Below the pieces are notes generated by a model, which was not told the origin of the DNA, made no database searches, and saw nothing but the letters and a program-made list of their open reading frames with translations. Shown piece by piece: positions 47,569-61,620 of a stretch of 64,000 nucleotides of DNA. Made by a program: the position numbers and the translations under genes. Numbering within the stretch: position 1 is the first letter of the stretch; each line of letters starts with the position of its first letter. Origin of the DNA: the human T2T-CHM13v2.0 reference genome, Homo sapiens; NCBI RefSeq assembly GCF_009914755.1, contig NC_060941.1, one strand, 5' to 3'.

Positions 47569-50289
47569 TAATAAGATATTGTGGCCATCTTCCCATGTCA
47601 GAATACGTAGGGCTACGCCATCATTTTTAGTGCCTGAGTAGCATTCTGTTGACTGAGTGAAGCATGATTTATAATCCAACTCCCTCTACCCCATCTCTTC
47701 CCAGATGAGCAAGTCAGAGCCCAGAGACGCCCAAGCCATTTCACAAGAAGACACAGAGGGGTGACTTCAAATGATCAGTCCAAGAGTTTTGCTGTGAGAA
47801 GGAACATAGGAAGGTAGCCAAGTATGACATGGCTTCCCATAGCCGGCTTTAGACACCCCAACACCCCTACACCCACATCTCCACGAACCCACACACATCA
47901 GAAGAGTATGCAGCTTCGCCTGGGCTCCACCCTGACAGCTGCCTTTGTCCTGGGCTCTGGGGACCTGCCCTCAAGCCTCTAACACAGACCTCAGGGCCAG
48001 GAGGCCCCAGAAGCTGATGCCTTGGGCTACTGTCTGCTGTCCTAGTGTCATCACACACAGGGGTCAGTGACTTGTGTTAAGGCCTTCTGGAGTAAAGCCA
48101 TCATCTCTCTGCCCCTCCAGTAATTTACTAACAGAGATGGAGGGACCCAGGTCTCACTCTGCCAAAGGCAATCCCTCGGAGAAAGATGACCTGGGCCACC
48201 CCCAGGGGAGGAAGAAAGAAGATGGCAAGACCGACATTTTCCCCATTAGCAGCCCTCTGGACAGCTCCCTCGGGTTCTGGGCCTCTCTGAGTGTTGAGAA
48301 GCTCCAGAAGCCTCGCACTCTTGCCACTTATAGGGAACACGCACCAGTTCAGACAAGGCCTCCGCACTCCCCAGCTGTGGGACCTCAGACAAGTCTCCCA
48401 TCCTCTCCGTGGCCCTAAGCCCTCATCTGGATGTATCCCTTAGGGGGTTTCAATGGGAATGAAATAAGATAATCCTCAGCACACTGCCTAGAACGTGGCT
48501 ATGCTGCATTTGAGTTATCATTGCCCCAGGAGGCTGGTAAAGAGCCAGGAGCAGTGGGTAAATTGGCCAAGCTGCCCTCACAGGGGGGATGGGGTAGGGA
48601 GATTCTAGGGGGGTCTTCCCCAGCACCTGGATGTCAATCCCTGGAATTCTTTCAGCCCTCTGTAAGGAAATATTGATCCTCATGGCCCCAGGGGAGGCTG
48701 AGCTGGCCTGGGCAACTGGAGACACAGCAGCTCAAGCAGCCGCTTCCATTTGGCCCAAGTGCAAAGCTTTGAAAGCATCCTTGTGGGGACCACAAAATGT
48801 AAAGGACTGACAACTCCAGCCCAGCCCCACACCCTGCCTCACATTACAGGTGAAGAGCCTGAGACCCAAGTCTAGGAGGGAGTTGCCCGAGGACACACAG
48901 CGAGTAAAGGCAAAGTCTAGACTTTTCTATCAAAGGGTGGTTCTGTGGATGAGGAGAGTGGCTCAGAAACAGTAATGGGAAACACAAGGAAGCAGTAATG
49001 GGAAGCATTTTGATTACCAGAAGTACCATTTCCACAGGACTCTATAAGGTCTCAGAGACTCCCAGGCTGCCTATAGTTAGAACCAGGTGGACTATAGAGG
49101 CCCCCAATTCTCAGAGCACTGTCCCTCTCTCCCCCTGGCTAAGCTCAGGGCAGAGTCTGAGGCCATGGCTGTGGTGTGCCTGGGAGCAGGGTCAGAGCCG
49201 TCCATGCCAGGCTGCCTTTTGCAACTAGCACTGCTCAAATGAAAAGCAGTTTAAAATACACGAAAGGATTAAAGCAAGTAGGCGACAGGTTTACGAGCCT
49301 GTGCCACATGCTTTCACATTTAATCTTTATTACAACTCCATGAGACAGGTGTTGCTGTCTCCATTTCATAGCTGTGGGAACCATTTCAGAGAGGTTGGGT
49401 AAATTGCCCAAAGTCACACAGCCAGTATGTGGAGAGGCCAGAATAGGAACCCACTTCCTAAGAGGCAAAAAATGCCAAGTAAGGCTCACAGGGCTATGAG
49501 CCAAGGAGCATAAGAAATTCAGCCATGTGTGCCCCAGGCTCAGGAGACTGGGCACAGCCCAGAGGACATTTCAGCACAGGAAACATGACCCAGACAGCAT
49601 GGTAGCAAGGTCTCTTGGCTCTGCTCCAGAGCTGGCTCTGTGACCTTGGAGAAACCATACCACCTCTCAGAACCCCAGCTGCTGAGCACTGGCAGGGAAA
49701 CAGAGGGACATAACCCCTGACTGGCTTCTGAAAAAGGAAGCAAACAACCCACTGGGCTCATCAGACCTCTCGGAGGCTGACTCAAAGGCTCCCCTGAACT
49801 CATGGTTGTGGATGACCTGGAGACTGGGAAGCAGAAACCCCACACCTGTCCTCCTCCAGGTCCCAGGAAGCCAGGATCACAGTGGCCCTCCACCTCCCCT
49901 GTGAAGGAATCCAGGCCCGGCAGGGGCGGCAAACAGCCAACCTCCTCTCCTAGCATAAGCACGCAGCCAAGGCCTGAGTCACTCCCGGCTTGGCCCACGG
50001 AGGTGGGCAAGCTGCCCCAGTGCAGTTCATCTGGCCTTGCCCAAGGTCATCCCAGCCAGCCTCCTGCCTGGTACATCAGGGCCAGCGAGGGTCTGCATGG
50101 GGGCTATGAGAGCTGGGGAGCCAGAGTCCTGGGTGCACTTTGTGACCTTAGTAAGGCTGTGTGACTTGGGGAAATTGTTTCATTTCTTTGCACCTCAGCT
50201 CCCTCATTTGTAGACATAGGGGAGGAGTATTAATAGAACGTACATGGGTAGCTGGCGTATAATAAGCACCAGTGACACAGGCTGCTGTG

Positions 50290-51310
50290 GCTTGGGGCAC
50301 AGGCCTGGGACCTTTTCCCGGGCTAGACTCACTCCCTGAGCAATCTCATCCAGCCCCATGGCTTGGAATACCATCTGCATACTGAACACTGGCTCTCATG
50401 TGCTCCAACCTCTCATGGGCACTCCCCTCAACTCCACACTCATACAGCCTTCTTGCTGCCTCCACTTGGACATCCAACAGCAGCTCCAACAACATGGATC
50501 CATCCGACCTGTGATTCCCTCCGACCCCAACCTGCTTCTCCCCTGCCTTCTCCATCTTTGTTAATGGCAACTCTCCCTGGCTCCAGCCAAAACCTTTGGA
50601 GTCATCTTGGAGTGCTCTCATTCTCTTATACTCTATGTCCAATCTATGGCGAAGCCTGTCTTCCCCGTCTTCCAAATGATTTCTGAATCTGGCCACTCCT
50701 TACCACCTCCACAGCTACCATACCCTCCCTAGCTCCCTGCCTCCCACGTGTTGGCCTAGAGACCCCTCATCACAGGGGTCATGCCCTTCCTCTGCTCCAT
50801 GCCTCCCAATGGCTCCCATGTCCCCAGAATACCCAGAGCTTTACCGTGGCCAACCCACATGGTCCTGCCCATGTCACCTCGCTGTCATATGTGCACGCAC
50901 ACATACAGACAGAGCCTAACTCTCTGTGGCCACCTGGATCCTTGCTAGTCCACCAACGAGCCAAGCACACTCCCACCCAGGGGCCTCTGAACTTACTTTT
51001 TCCACCAACTGCTACGTTCTGCTCCCACATATCTGCATGGCTCCCTTCCTTCTGGTCCCTACTCAACCATCACCTTGAGGGGGAACAGAGTGGCAAGTCC
51101 ACCCCCCAACATCCCAGTGTTCCTAACCCTTTAGGCTTCCCTGTCTTCTTCATGAAACAGACCACCTTGAATATTATACATTTGTCACTGATATCTTCTC
51201 CACTAGAATGTAAGCTCCATGAAGGCAGGGGCTTTGCTATACTCACTGTGGTATCCCCAGTGCCCGAATCAGTGCCTGGCATGGTCAATAGACATTTATT
51301 AGGCGAATGA
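50290..51310. mobile_element. L2 LINE fragment
   Basis: L2 motifs CAAAACCTTTGGAGTCATCTTGG and CTAGAATGTAAGCTCCATGAAGGCAGGG. Confidence 0.65.
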
Positions 51311-52624
51311 GTAAAGAAGGGAAGGAAAGATGGAGGAGTGCTGTAACTGTGGATTTCCCTCCCTTTCCTTCCTCCTCCGGCTCACAGCAATGATGGGAGG
51401 GGGCCTTTTCAGTTTCCAAAGCCCTCTCTCCCCTACACACTCATTTACTCCTCACAACAAACCTAGAAGATATATAAGGGAATGCGTTATTATCTCACTT
51501 CACAGACAAGGGGTCTGAGGCCAAGGCAGCCCAGTGACGTGGACACAAGGCTGATGGCAGGCTGCCCCTTTCCAAGCCAGTGCCAGCACCAGGGGGCAGG
51601 AGGCTAACCCCCTCCTAGATCTGACTTGACCTTCCATTCTGCCCCCCAGGAGGACCAGGGCCCAACCCTGAAAGGTGGGAGTTAGAACAGGAAGCCACAG
51701 GTCCCAATTGCCAGCACCTTCCTGTGTCCCACCCAGAGGCCACTCTTCTGGAAGGAGGGTAAGACTCCTCAGACCAGCTCTGTCTCTGTGCACCCCAGGC
51801 TCCCTCCTCTGAAAATCACCAAGGAGCAGACCCTACGTCCATCTGTGACTGCCGTGATGCCTGCCTGCAGAGGGATTTGCTTCTTGCCTAAGATCTGGCA
51901 CAGCCCAGTGGCGCTGCCAAGCCAGGCCACTAGGTGGTGTCCCAGAGCTCAGGCCCTGGCAGCTCCCAGGGAAAGGGCCAGAGTGGCTTTTCTCTCAGAA
52001 CCCAAGAATGTGCCCCACCCCCACCCTTGGCCTGATTAAAAGGGAGAAGAACCACCCAGTTGCCTCAGGGGTCTTAGCACCCAAGACCCGCAGAGTTGTC
52101 AAATCATTTAATCCTAGGCAGGAAATCTTTGGCACATGTGCCACCACCTTCTAGCCCTCATCCTTGGCAGACATCACTAATCCACCCAGGTATTACTGTC
52201 CTACAGAACACACACAACCTCAGAACCCTTTGCAACACCGCCTCTGTGCAAGCCACGACCAAGTGATTAGAACTGGCATGCAAGACAAGCCACTTGCCAG
52301 CGCTCTCATTTCCCGTATGAGGACACGCAGGCCAGGCTCACTCTGTCTCATTGGGAATCCAGGCTGCAAAAGCCAGTGGGGCCAGAATGAGGTCATATGA
52401 CCCTGGGAGGCTTGTGTAACCATGGTTGAGTCCTGCGGAAACCTCAAGTGTGTAATGGCAGAGGCTGCTGGGCTGGGGCAGCTGCATTCTCGGCCAATTG
52501 TCACCTCAGAGCGGGTGGGGTGCAGGGAAATCTGCCTGAGCTTCTTGGCTTCAGAGCTGAAGAGGCCCCAAAAGGGGGTGAAAGGAAGGGAAGAGGAGAG
52601 CAAGAGACAGAGGCTCTCAGGGTA

Positions 52625-52650
52625 TGTGTGTGTGTGTGTGTGTGTGTGTG
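52625..52650. repeat. (TG)n microsatellite
   Basis: Directly visible. Confidence 0.9.
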
Positions 52651-53089
52651 TTTCAGGCAGCCCTGACAGAGACGCCTTGTCCTCCTGCCCCTGCAAAGGC
52701 TTGTTTTCTTCCCAAGCTATTAATGTCGCTGCAGCTTCAAAAGCCGGGTGACCTTTAAACGCTGAGCCTCCTGCTCCTGCCCAAGGCTCGGAAAAGGCTT
52801 AATGGAAACTCGACCCAAATGGCCACAGCTGCCGGGGCTGCAACAAAGCCAGCCTCATTCCCGAGGCCCCCAGAGCTGCTGGGCAGCCACACCTGTGCCC
52901 ACCCCCAGGCAGCCAGGAAGGGCAAAGAGGACCCTCGGGCACAGCCATTGGAGAAAAGAGGCCACTGGACCTTAGGGGAGGAGGAGGAGGAGCAGGGGAG
53001 AGACAGACAATGCTGTCATGCGCTGCTGTGTGACCTTGGGTACTTCTCTGGACCACTCATCTCTTCTACATCTGTAAAACACGAGAATT

Positions 53090-53953
53090 TGGCAGGGCAC
53101 AGTGGCTCACGCCTGTAATCCCAGCACTTTGGGAGGCCAAGGCAGGTGGATCACGAGATCAGGAGTTCAAGACCAGCCTGGCCAAAATGGTGAAACACCG
53201 TCTCTACTAAAAATACAAAAATTAGCCAGGCATGGTGGTGGGTGCCTGTAATTCCAGCTACTCGGGAGGCTGAGGCAGAGAATTGCTTGAACCTGGGAGG
53301 TGGAGGTTGCAGTGAGCCAAGATCGTACCACTGCACTCCAGCCTGGGTGACAGAGCAAGACTCCGTCTCAAAAACAAAACAAAACCAAACCATGAGGATT
53401 TGATAAAAGGACTCCTAAACCTCTTTGCCAGGAAGAAGCCCCACTGCCACCCAGAGAAGCAGGACACCTGGTTTCCATGCCCACACAGCAGAGCTGCCGG
53501 CAGGGGTGAGGCTGGGGGCAGCCCCTGCCTTCCAAAGGCTACTCCATGAGCTGTGCAGGCTGGGCATGGCATGATGCCTTGGCCACCCCCACCCCTATCA
53601 CTTAGATCTGTAAGGGTGGGGCATTCCTTTAAAAATTGTTTTTAATCTTTAAAAATCAGAAGAAAGGCCAGGCTTGGTGGCTCATGCCTGTAATCCCAGC
53701 ACTTTGGGAGGCCGAGGCGGGCAGATCATCTGAGGTCAGGAGTTTGAGACCAGCCTGGCCAACATGGTAAAACCCTGTCTCTACTGAAAATACAAAAATT
53801 AGCCCAGTGTGGTGGCGCATGCCTGTAATCCCAGCTACTTGGGAGGCTGAGGCACTTGAATCACTTGAACCAGGAGGCAGAGGTTGCAGTGAGCCAAGAT
53901 CACACCACTGTACTCCAGCCTGAGCAAGAGTGAGACTCTGTCTCAAAAAAAAA
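53090..53953 (+). mobile_element. Two sense Alus (53090-53390, 53667-53953)
   Basis: Alu consensus. Confidence 0.88.
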
Positions 53954-55764
53954 TCAAAAGAAAAAATACGATTCAAAAAAGACCTTTTCTTTTCTAATTT
54001 TTCTCTCTCCTGCCTCAACACTTGTGGCCAAGTCTGTAGCCAATGGGAGATGTGGGGCAGGGACGAGGGCAAGAGGTTTCAGAGAAGGTGAATGAGGTCC
54101 CTTGTGGACAAATTGGTCCCAGAGCCTCAGTCCTAAGGACATCATCATTCATCTCTGCTCCTGAGGCCCAAATATCAGGTGTGGCTGCCACAAAAGGCAC
54201 CATCAAGAAGCCAATTCTGCCTTCTAGTGAAAAAGATCCAAGATGAGGCTTCTCAGCAGAGAAACATGTCATTTGTTTGGTTCATCTTAGCAAGATAATG
54301 GTCATAATAGTCATAATGAGAATAGATAACACTTATTGCCTGCTTCCTTATATGCTAGCCACTACTCAAAGTGCCTTATTGCATGTTAACTCTCTTCATC
54401 CTCCCTACAGCTCTACAAGGTGCATATTACTACTGCTATTTCCACTTCATAGTAGAAAAATGAGGCGTAGAAGGGTTGAGTAACTTGTTCAAGGTCACAC
54501 AGCTAAGTGGCCAAGCTGAAATTTGAACCCAGAAGGTCCGATTCCAGATTTAACACTCTGTATCCATTGGGCTTGATCACCATTCCATATTCCCTAGAGC
54601 CTAGCACAGAGCTGGGCACACAGCAAGAACTCAATAACTGTGAGTTAAATTGAATACTAAAGGACAGGGTTGCCCCTGGAGAGGCTGGGGGTGCCTGGGT
54701 GCCACTGGAGGTATAAGGGATGGTGCTTATGTCCAGGAAGCAAAGGAGAAGACAAAACAGTGGCAGTTTCCTCACAAAACCTTTTTCCCATCCTACTGAA
54801 GTTGTCAAGTTGCCTGAGCAACCAACTGTTTTCCACCACAACCTGGGCTGGCTGGGGACTATTTCCACAACAGTCCCTCACTCCATAAACAAAAGCCACC
54901 AGCTCAGCCAAGATATTCGACTCAGGTGCCTGGGAGGAGATCAAACCTCAGCGGATTAAGGGGGCTACTGTCCCCCTGCCCCTCCCCTCCCAGGTGCCAC
55001 AGCTCTAGGGGACCCCACTGGGCTGGCAGGAACACGCGCGTTCATGCTACCAAGTCAAAGGGCCCACGCTGGAGGAAGGGGGCCACTGGTAACTCAGGTG
55101 CAGGGCCAAGGAAGCTGGGTTGGCTCCAGGCATGAGCTCATACTGGACCAGGCCCAGCTTCTTGGGAAAAGGGGTCAGCTGCTCCTCCCTGGGCTTCTCC
55201 TATAGGCAGTCAGGCTGAAGGCCCCCCCAGTAGGCTGAGTTCTGAGGTCTGGACAGCAGCAGGAGACACCTCTGGGTCCCCGGACAGGCAGCAATCCATG
55301 CCCCACAATTTAGCATCCGAACATGCCCAGGTAATCCGGGTCAAGGAACCCATGATTAGAAAGGAGTGCTCAGGATGGGCAGAGGAGGGTCCTGCAAACA
55401 GAACTCCCAACCCCTGCCCTTGCCCTCCACACTAAGGCACACTTTGCACCTACCTACTGATTCAGGAATTCCACTTCTATGAAATTTACCTACAGATGAT
55501 ATGTTTGCAACTGTGTTGAGTATGGGCATAAGGATATTCCTTGTAATAGTCTAACAGCAGAAGACTGGAAACACTCTACAAGTCTACCCGTAGCAGGCTG
55601 ATGAAAATATGATACATTATCAGCATCCTCCTCTCTCTATATAATGCTATTCAATAACAAACAAAAATGAGGGATTTCAATATGTCTCTTTAGCCCAAGA
55701 CCTAAGGGAACAATGCAAGGTACAAAACAATGAGTATAGTCACTCTACTATAGTGCATTATGGG

Positions 55765-55766
<2 letters not shown>

Positions 55767-55810
<44 letters not shown>
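55767..55810. repeat. (GT)n microsatellite, about 22 units
   Basis: Directly visible. Confidence 0.92.
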
Positions 55811-55813
<3 letters not shown>

Positions 55814-56039
55814 AAATCCGAAAGGATTCACAAGAAACTGATAATATATGTTTCCCCTGGGGAGAACTGGGTCATAAGAGATAGATCAAGGAAATTTTTC
55901 CACTATAGATTCTTGTATACCTCTAAAATTTTGATTGATACTCATTTATTAATTTAAAAATAAAATATGCAAATAATCCATTATTATTGGATTACTAAGA
56001 ACATTAAAGTAATAGCATTGCCAGTGATTTTTATATCTT

Positions 56040-57307
<1,268 letters not shown>

Positions 57308-59268
57308 CTGAATTGTGGTAGAAAAAATCTTAAGAAAGCAAACCCCAGAGCCTCCAGGGCTTTAAAACCTTTTCAATCCTAAGAATCCCAACCCAATCCT
57401 TCCTGCTCTGATCATTTAGGCAGGCTTTCTTCAGTCACTGCACCCCATGGTGCACCCTCCAACCTTGGTCAGGGACTCACCTGCCTCCTGCTGGGGATGC
57501 AGGGAAGGAATGAGGGCCGAGTGGACAAAGTGCTGGCTCATAGCATAGCTGTTTCAGAGGTAGAACCACAGTGTGGAGGGCCTGTTGGGGCACAACAGGG
57601 CTGGGGGTCTGGCCAGGAAGCTGCCGGTGGAGGGGAGACCACAAGTTGTTTACTGGTGCTATGTCTGGGGTAGGAAGCCATGGAGCGAGTGGTCAGGAGT
57701 GGGGCTTTAGCCTGAGTGGTCAGGAGTTGGGCAGTCCTCTGCTTACCTCCTGATCCTGCAGCTTATGGGGCAAGCAGGATTGCTCTGAGCAATCTGTAAT
57801 ATGGGGATACATATACCTTCTCAGATGGCGCTCCTGCAGGGGATTGACTGTGGTGGGCATGCACAGCACCCCACAAGGGAAGCTGTCAGTCAGAGGCAGC
57901 TGTTAGTAAGACTCTATGAGCACGGGCCATTCACACCCCAAGGCCACATAGTTCCAAGGGGCTGATTCTAGAGTCTGGCCCAGGCGTCTGGCCTGGGAAT
58001 CCAGCCCTGAAGGGAGTGAATGTGGAGCACAAAGGCCTCCCCACTCAGGGACCTCCAGGACCTCAGGCTGAGAGGGCTCAGGGACCCCAAGGGAGGAGCA
58101 GGGAGCTGGGCCAGCAGCCCTGTGCCCATTCCTGCCCATACCCTGCCCTCCAGCTAAGCTTCCAAGGGTAGGAGAAGTGATTGGAATAATGCAGGGTGCC
58201 CACTCCTAACCAGGGGAAGGAGGTGGCTTGAAGGGGCCTGTCCCCCAAGGGAGGGGCTCCATGGGCTCTGGGCAGCAGGAGCACAGGCAGAGTGGCCCTC
58301 TCAGAAATGCCTTCTCTGGCAGCTGAGGAATGTAGGCCCAGGACAGAGGAACAGAGGCTGGGAGGGAGGGGTGGCTGGCCCAGGGCTGAGCTTCAAAAGA
58401 GCAGGCAGCAGCTGCGGCTGGGAGGCCGCCCGCCTCAGGCAGCCGGGACACCATCAGAAATTCCACCCAGAGTGAGAAGGGCCCAGCCCAGACAGCAGAT
58501 GGGATAATTTAGAGCCACTCACTGCTGGGCCAGCTGCACCCCCCCAACCACAGACTGCTCCCTCCACCCGGCCTCAGCCCCTGCTCCGCCTGTGTAGCAG
58601 CAGCGATCCCCTTGCACAGTCAGGGGCGCCCAGAGCCCAGCTGCCCAGGTCCCCTCTCCTGCCCATCCACATACCCACGTGCCCACACGTATACTCTGGA
58701 GCTGCCACGGTTAGGGAGGCAGGAGAAACCTCATGTTTTCACTTCCACATGGTGCATGTTGCCAGAGGTCAGAGAGCCCAGTGGCTGCAGCACTGGGATT
58801 CGAACCCAGATCGTGAGACTCCTGGCCAGTGCTCTCTCCTTGTATGGGCACATACAGCAGCACATGCCAGCACACAGCTCACATGCCTGCATGTGCTAAC
58901 AGGCTCCCACTCACTGCCACACACACCAGCTCACTCAACCCCATTCACTTGCACAGTGCCACATGCTCCTCCCAGGCCCTCGCAGCCATAGGACACAGAC
59001 AACACTTTAGGATTTTTTTTGAACCGTCCCACACAGCCCAGGCACTCAATGTACTACTCCCCTCTTCGCCCAACTCTGAAGCTATGTTTTTAAAATTACA
59101 GTCACTCTTCTATACACACTCGCTAGTGCGCACTGACAGCACCCTCAGCCCTCCCACAGCCCACCCTCCAAGCCACCCCCTTCATTAGGCTGATAGCAGG
59201 GCCAGATGAGGCCCTGGGATCCCTCTCTTCCCCCATCTGCACCCAGAATGGGTTTTACAGCATTGGTA

Positions 59269-59283
59269 AGGTCAGGCTGACCT
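59269..59283. promoter_or_regulatory. Perfect palindromic estrogen response element in CUEDC1 intron 1
   Basis: AGGTCAggcTGACCT; not within an Alu. Confidence 0.65.
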
Positions 59284-61174
59284 GACTTGCAGCAAAACTG
59301 GCCAGAACCAGGAAGTGGCACACCCTGGCCAAGACACCAGCTTCCTGGTTCCCTGCAGGCCCAGCTCCTAGAAGGCAGTGCAGGGAAGGACCTCAGGCCA
59401 GCTGGGGCTGGTAGCCTCAGCCCCAAATCTAACAATCAGGGGAAGGGGGCAAGAGCTTTTAGGGGTCCCATAACCAGCTTCCTTTCGCCTCCCGAGGGCC
59501 TCAATCTCTACTTCTAGAAAATGGAGAGAAACAGTCCCTGTTTGGTCTGATCATTGAAATCTTCCAGGGATATAGGTGGGGGCTGGGGGAGCCGGTCAGG
59601 ACCAGAGAAAGGCACCACTGTTCTAGGCACAAACCAGGATGAGCCCTCTGCAGAAACAGCCTGCTGCATCCTAGTCCCCCAGGGATGGAAGGGTCTGTAC
59701 ACTTTCTTTAGCTACAGAACCAGAACCCCTTTCTTCAAATGAAACCCTCAGCAGAAGTCCATTATGTAAAGGCATTAAACAGAAACCTGCCCTCATCCAC
59801 CCCCAGCAATTATGCATCATCAGAGAAGCTGCCATTTACCAAGTGCTAGGCAAAGTACTTCTCGTGCATCACATCATTTAATCCTCGTGACAATGTAGTA
59901 GTGCAGGTTATTACCTTCCACCATCATCATCACCATTTTATAGATAGATACACTGAGTCGTGTGTGACCTAGAGGTTGTCCAGGACTGCGCCACATTGAA
60001 ATTGCATGTACATGTCAAGTCTCCTGACATACCACTTACTTGCAATGCATTTTAAAGCCTGGGTTTAATCCCTCATGCTCTCATCTTTAAAGCTGTTTGC
60101 ATCTCTGCCTGTTCTGCTCACTGCTACTGATGAGGCTTCAGGAAATGCAATGAGCTTTTCCATCAGTCTAAGAAGTCAAATGTTCTTTGCACTATAGCAG
60201 GTGTATCTCAGAGGACGGTGGCGACCACCTTCCTCAGACTCCCCTGAGGTGTTTGCTAAGAACCCATATTCTCTAACCCACTATTAAATCAGAATCTCTG
60301 AGAACATGCTCTGGGGATGTGCTTTCTAACAAGCTCCCTGGGTCATTCTGATACACAGTAAATTGTGAGGACCACTCTCTTGCAAGGTGATGCAGTTCAG
60401 AGACCTGGATGCTGGTTTTGGTCCCATCACTAACTAGCCAAGTGACCTCGGACACATCATTTTACCTACTGGGCCTCCAGGTTTCCATCCGGAAAATGGG
60501 AGGGTAGGACTAAATAATCTCCAAGACTCTTTTCACCTCCAACATTCTCTGTGTCCACTCTAGGTTCCCAGCTGGTCCACAGGTATACAAACTGACTTTC
60601 ACAGACTGCTTGGTCCCTGTAGCAGCCAGCGCACACTGTAGACACTCATGACATAAAGTTCCTGTCTAGTTGATTTAAGGAAACCTGAAAAAATACCTTA
60701 CCTCTGGCTCTAGGCCCTAAACAGATGGCTTTTGGATCATCCATGCCACCTACCCCTCCCCTGAATATTTATTTTCTTCATTCCAGCCCCAGCCGTGAGC
60801 CAACCAGGACTCTGTAAACACTGAGTCTGCACACCTGGGCTTAGTCAACAGTCATCAAACAAAGGCACTGCCAAATCACCTCACAAGCCCAAACTTGCAC
60901 CTACTCTGTCTGTCACAGGGAAGCAGCCACCTGGGAGGTGTGAATGGTGTGCTCCCCTTCTCCCAACACAGAATGGGCATGAGGGATTGGGCTGTATAGA
61001 GGATGTAGCCGGAACGGCCCCAGCCTACAAATGGGTTGCAAGTTTAATTAGACTTAAGGGATATGAGAAAACAGCATGAGAAGCAGCCAGCAGTTGCAAG
61101 AATCTTCCAGAAGCAGCTAGACATTTCTCAGTCCCTTGGCTTCTTCGATAATCATCATTAAAATATGATGCACT

Positions 61175-61620
61175 GGCCGGGCATGGTGGCTCACACCTGT
61201 AATCCCAGCACTTTGGGAGGCCGAGGCAGGCTAATCACCTGAGGTCAGGAGTTCAAGATCGGCCTGGACAACATGGTGAAACCCCATCTCTACTAAAAAT
61301 ACAAAAATTAGCCAGGCGTGGTGGCAGGTGCCTGTAATCCCAGCTACTCAGGAGGCTGAGGCAGGAGAATTGCTTGAGCCCAGGAGGCAGAGGTTGCAGG
61401 GAGGCAGAGGTTGCAGGGAGCCAAGATCACGCCATTGCACTCCAGCCTGGAAGACAAGAGCGAGACTCCACCTCAGAAAAAAAAAAACAAAAAACAAAAA
61501 ACAAAAAAAACCATGATGCATTCAGTGCTTGAACCTGGGAGGCGGAGGTTGCAGTGACCTGAGATCACACCACTCACTCCAGCCTGGGCAACAGAGCGAG
61601 ACCTCCATCTCAAAAAGAGA
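61175..61620 (+). mobile_element. AluS followed by a duplicated right-arm 3' fragment
   Basis: Full Alu at 61175-61510; second right-arm piece at 61526-61620. Confidence 0.85.

Noticed and set aside
52390-52403. AGGTCA-TA-TGACCC as a second ERE
   Set aside because: The spacer is 2 nt, not the 3 nt needed for an ERE.
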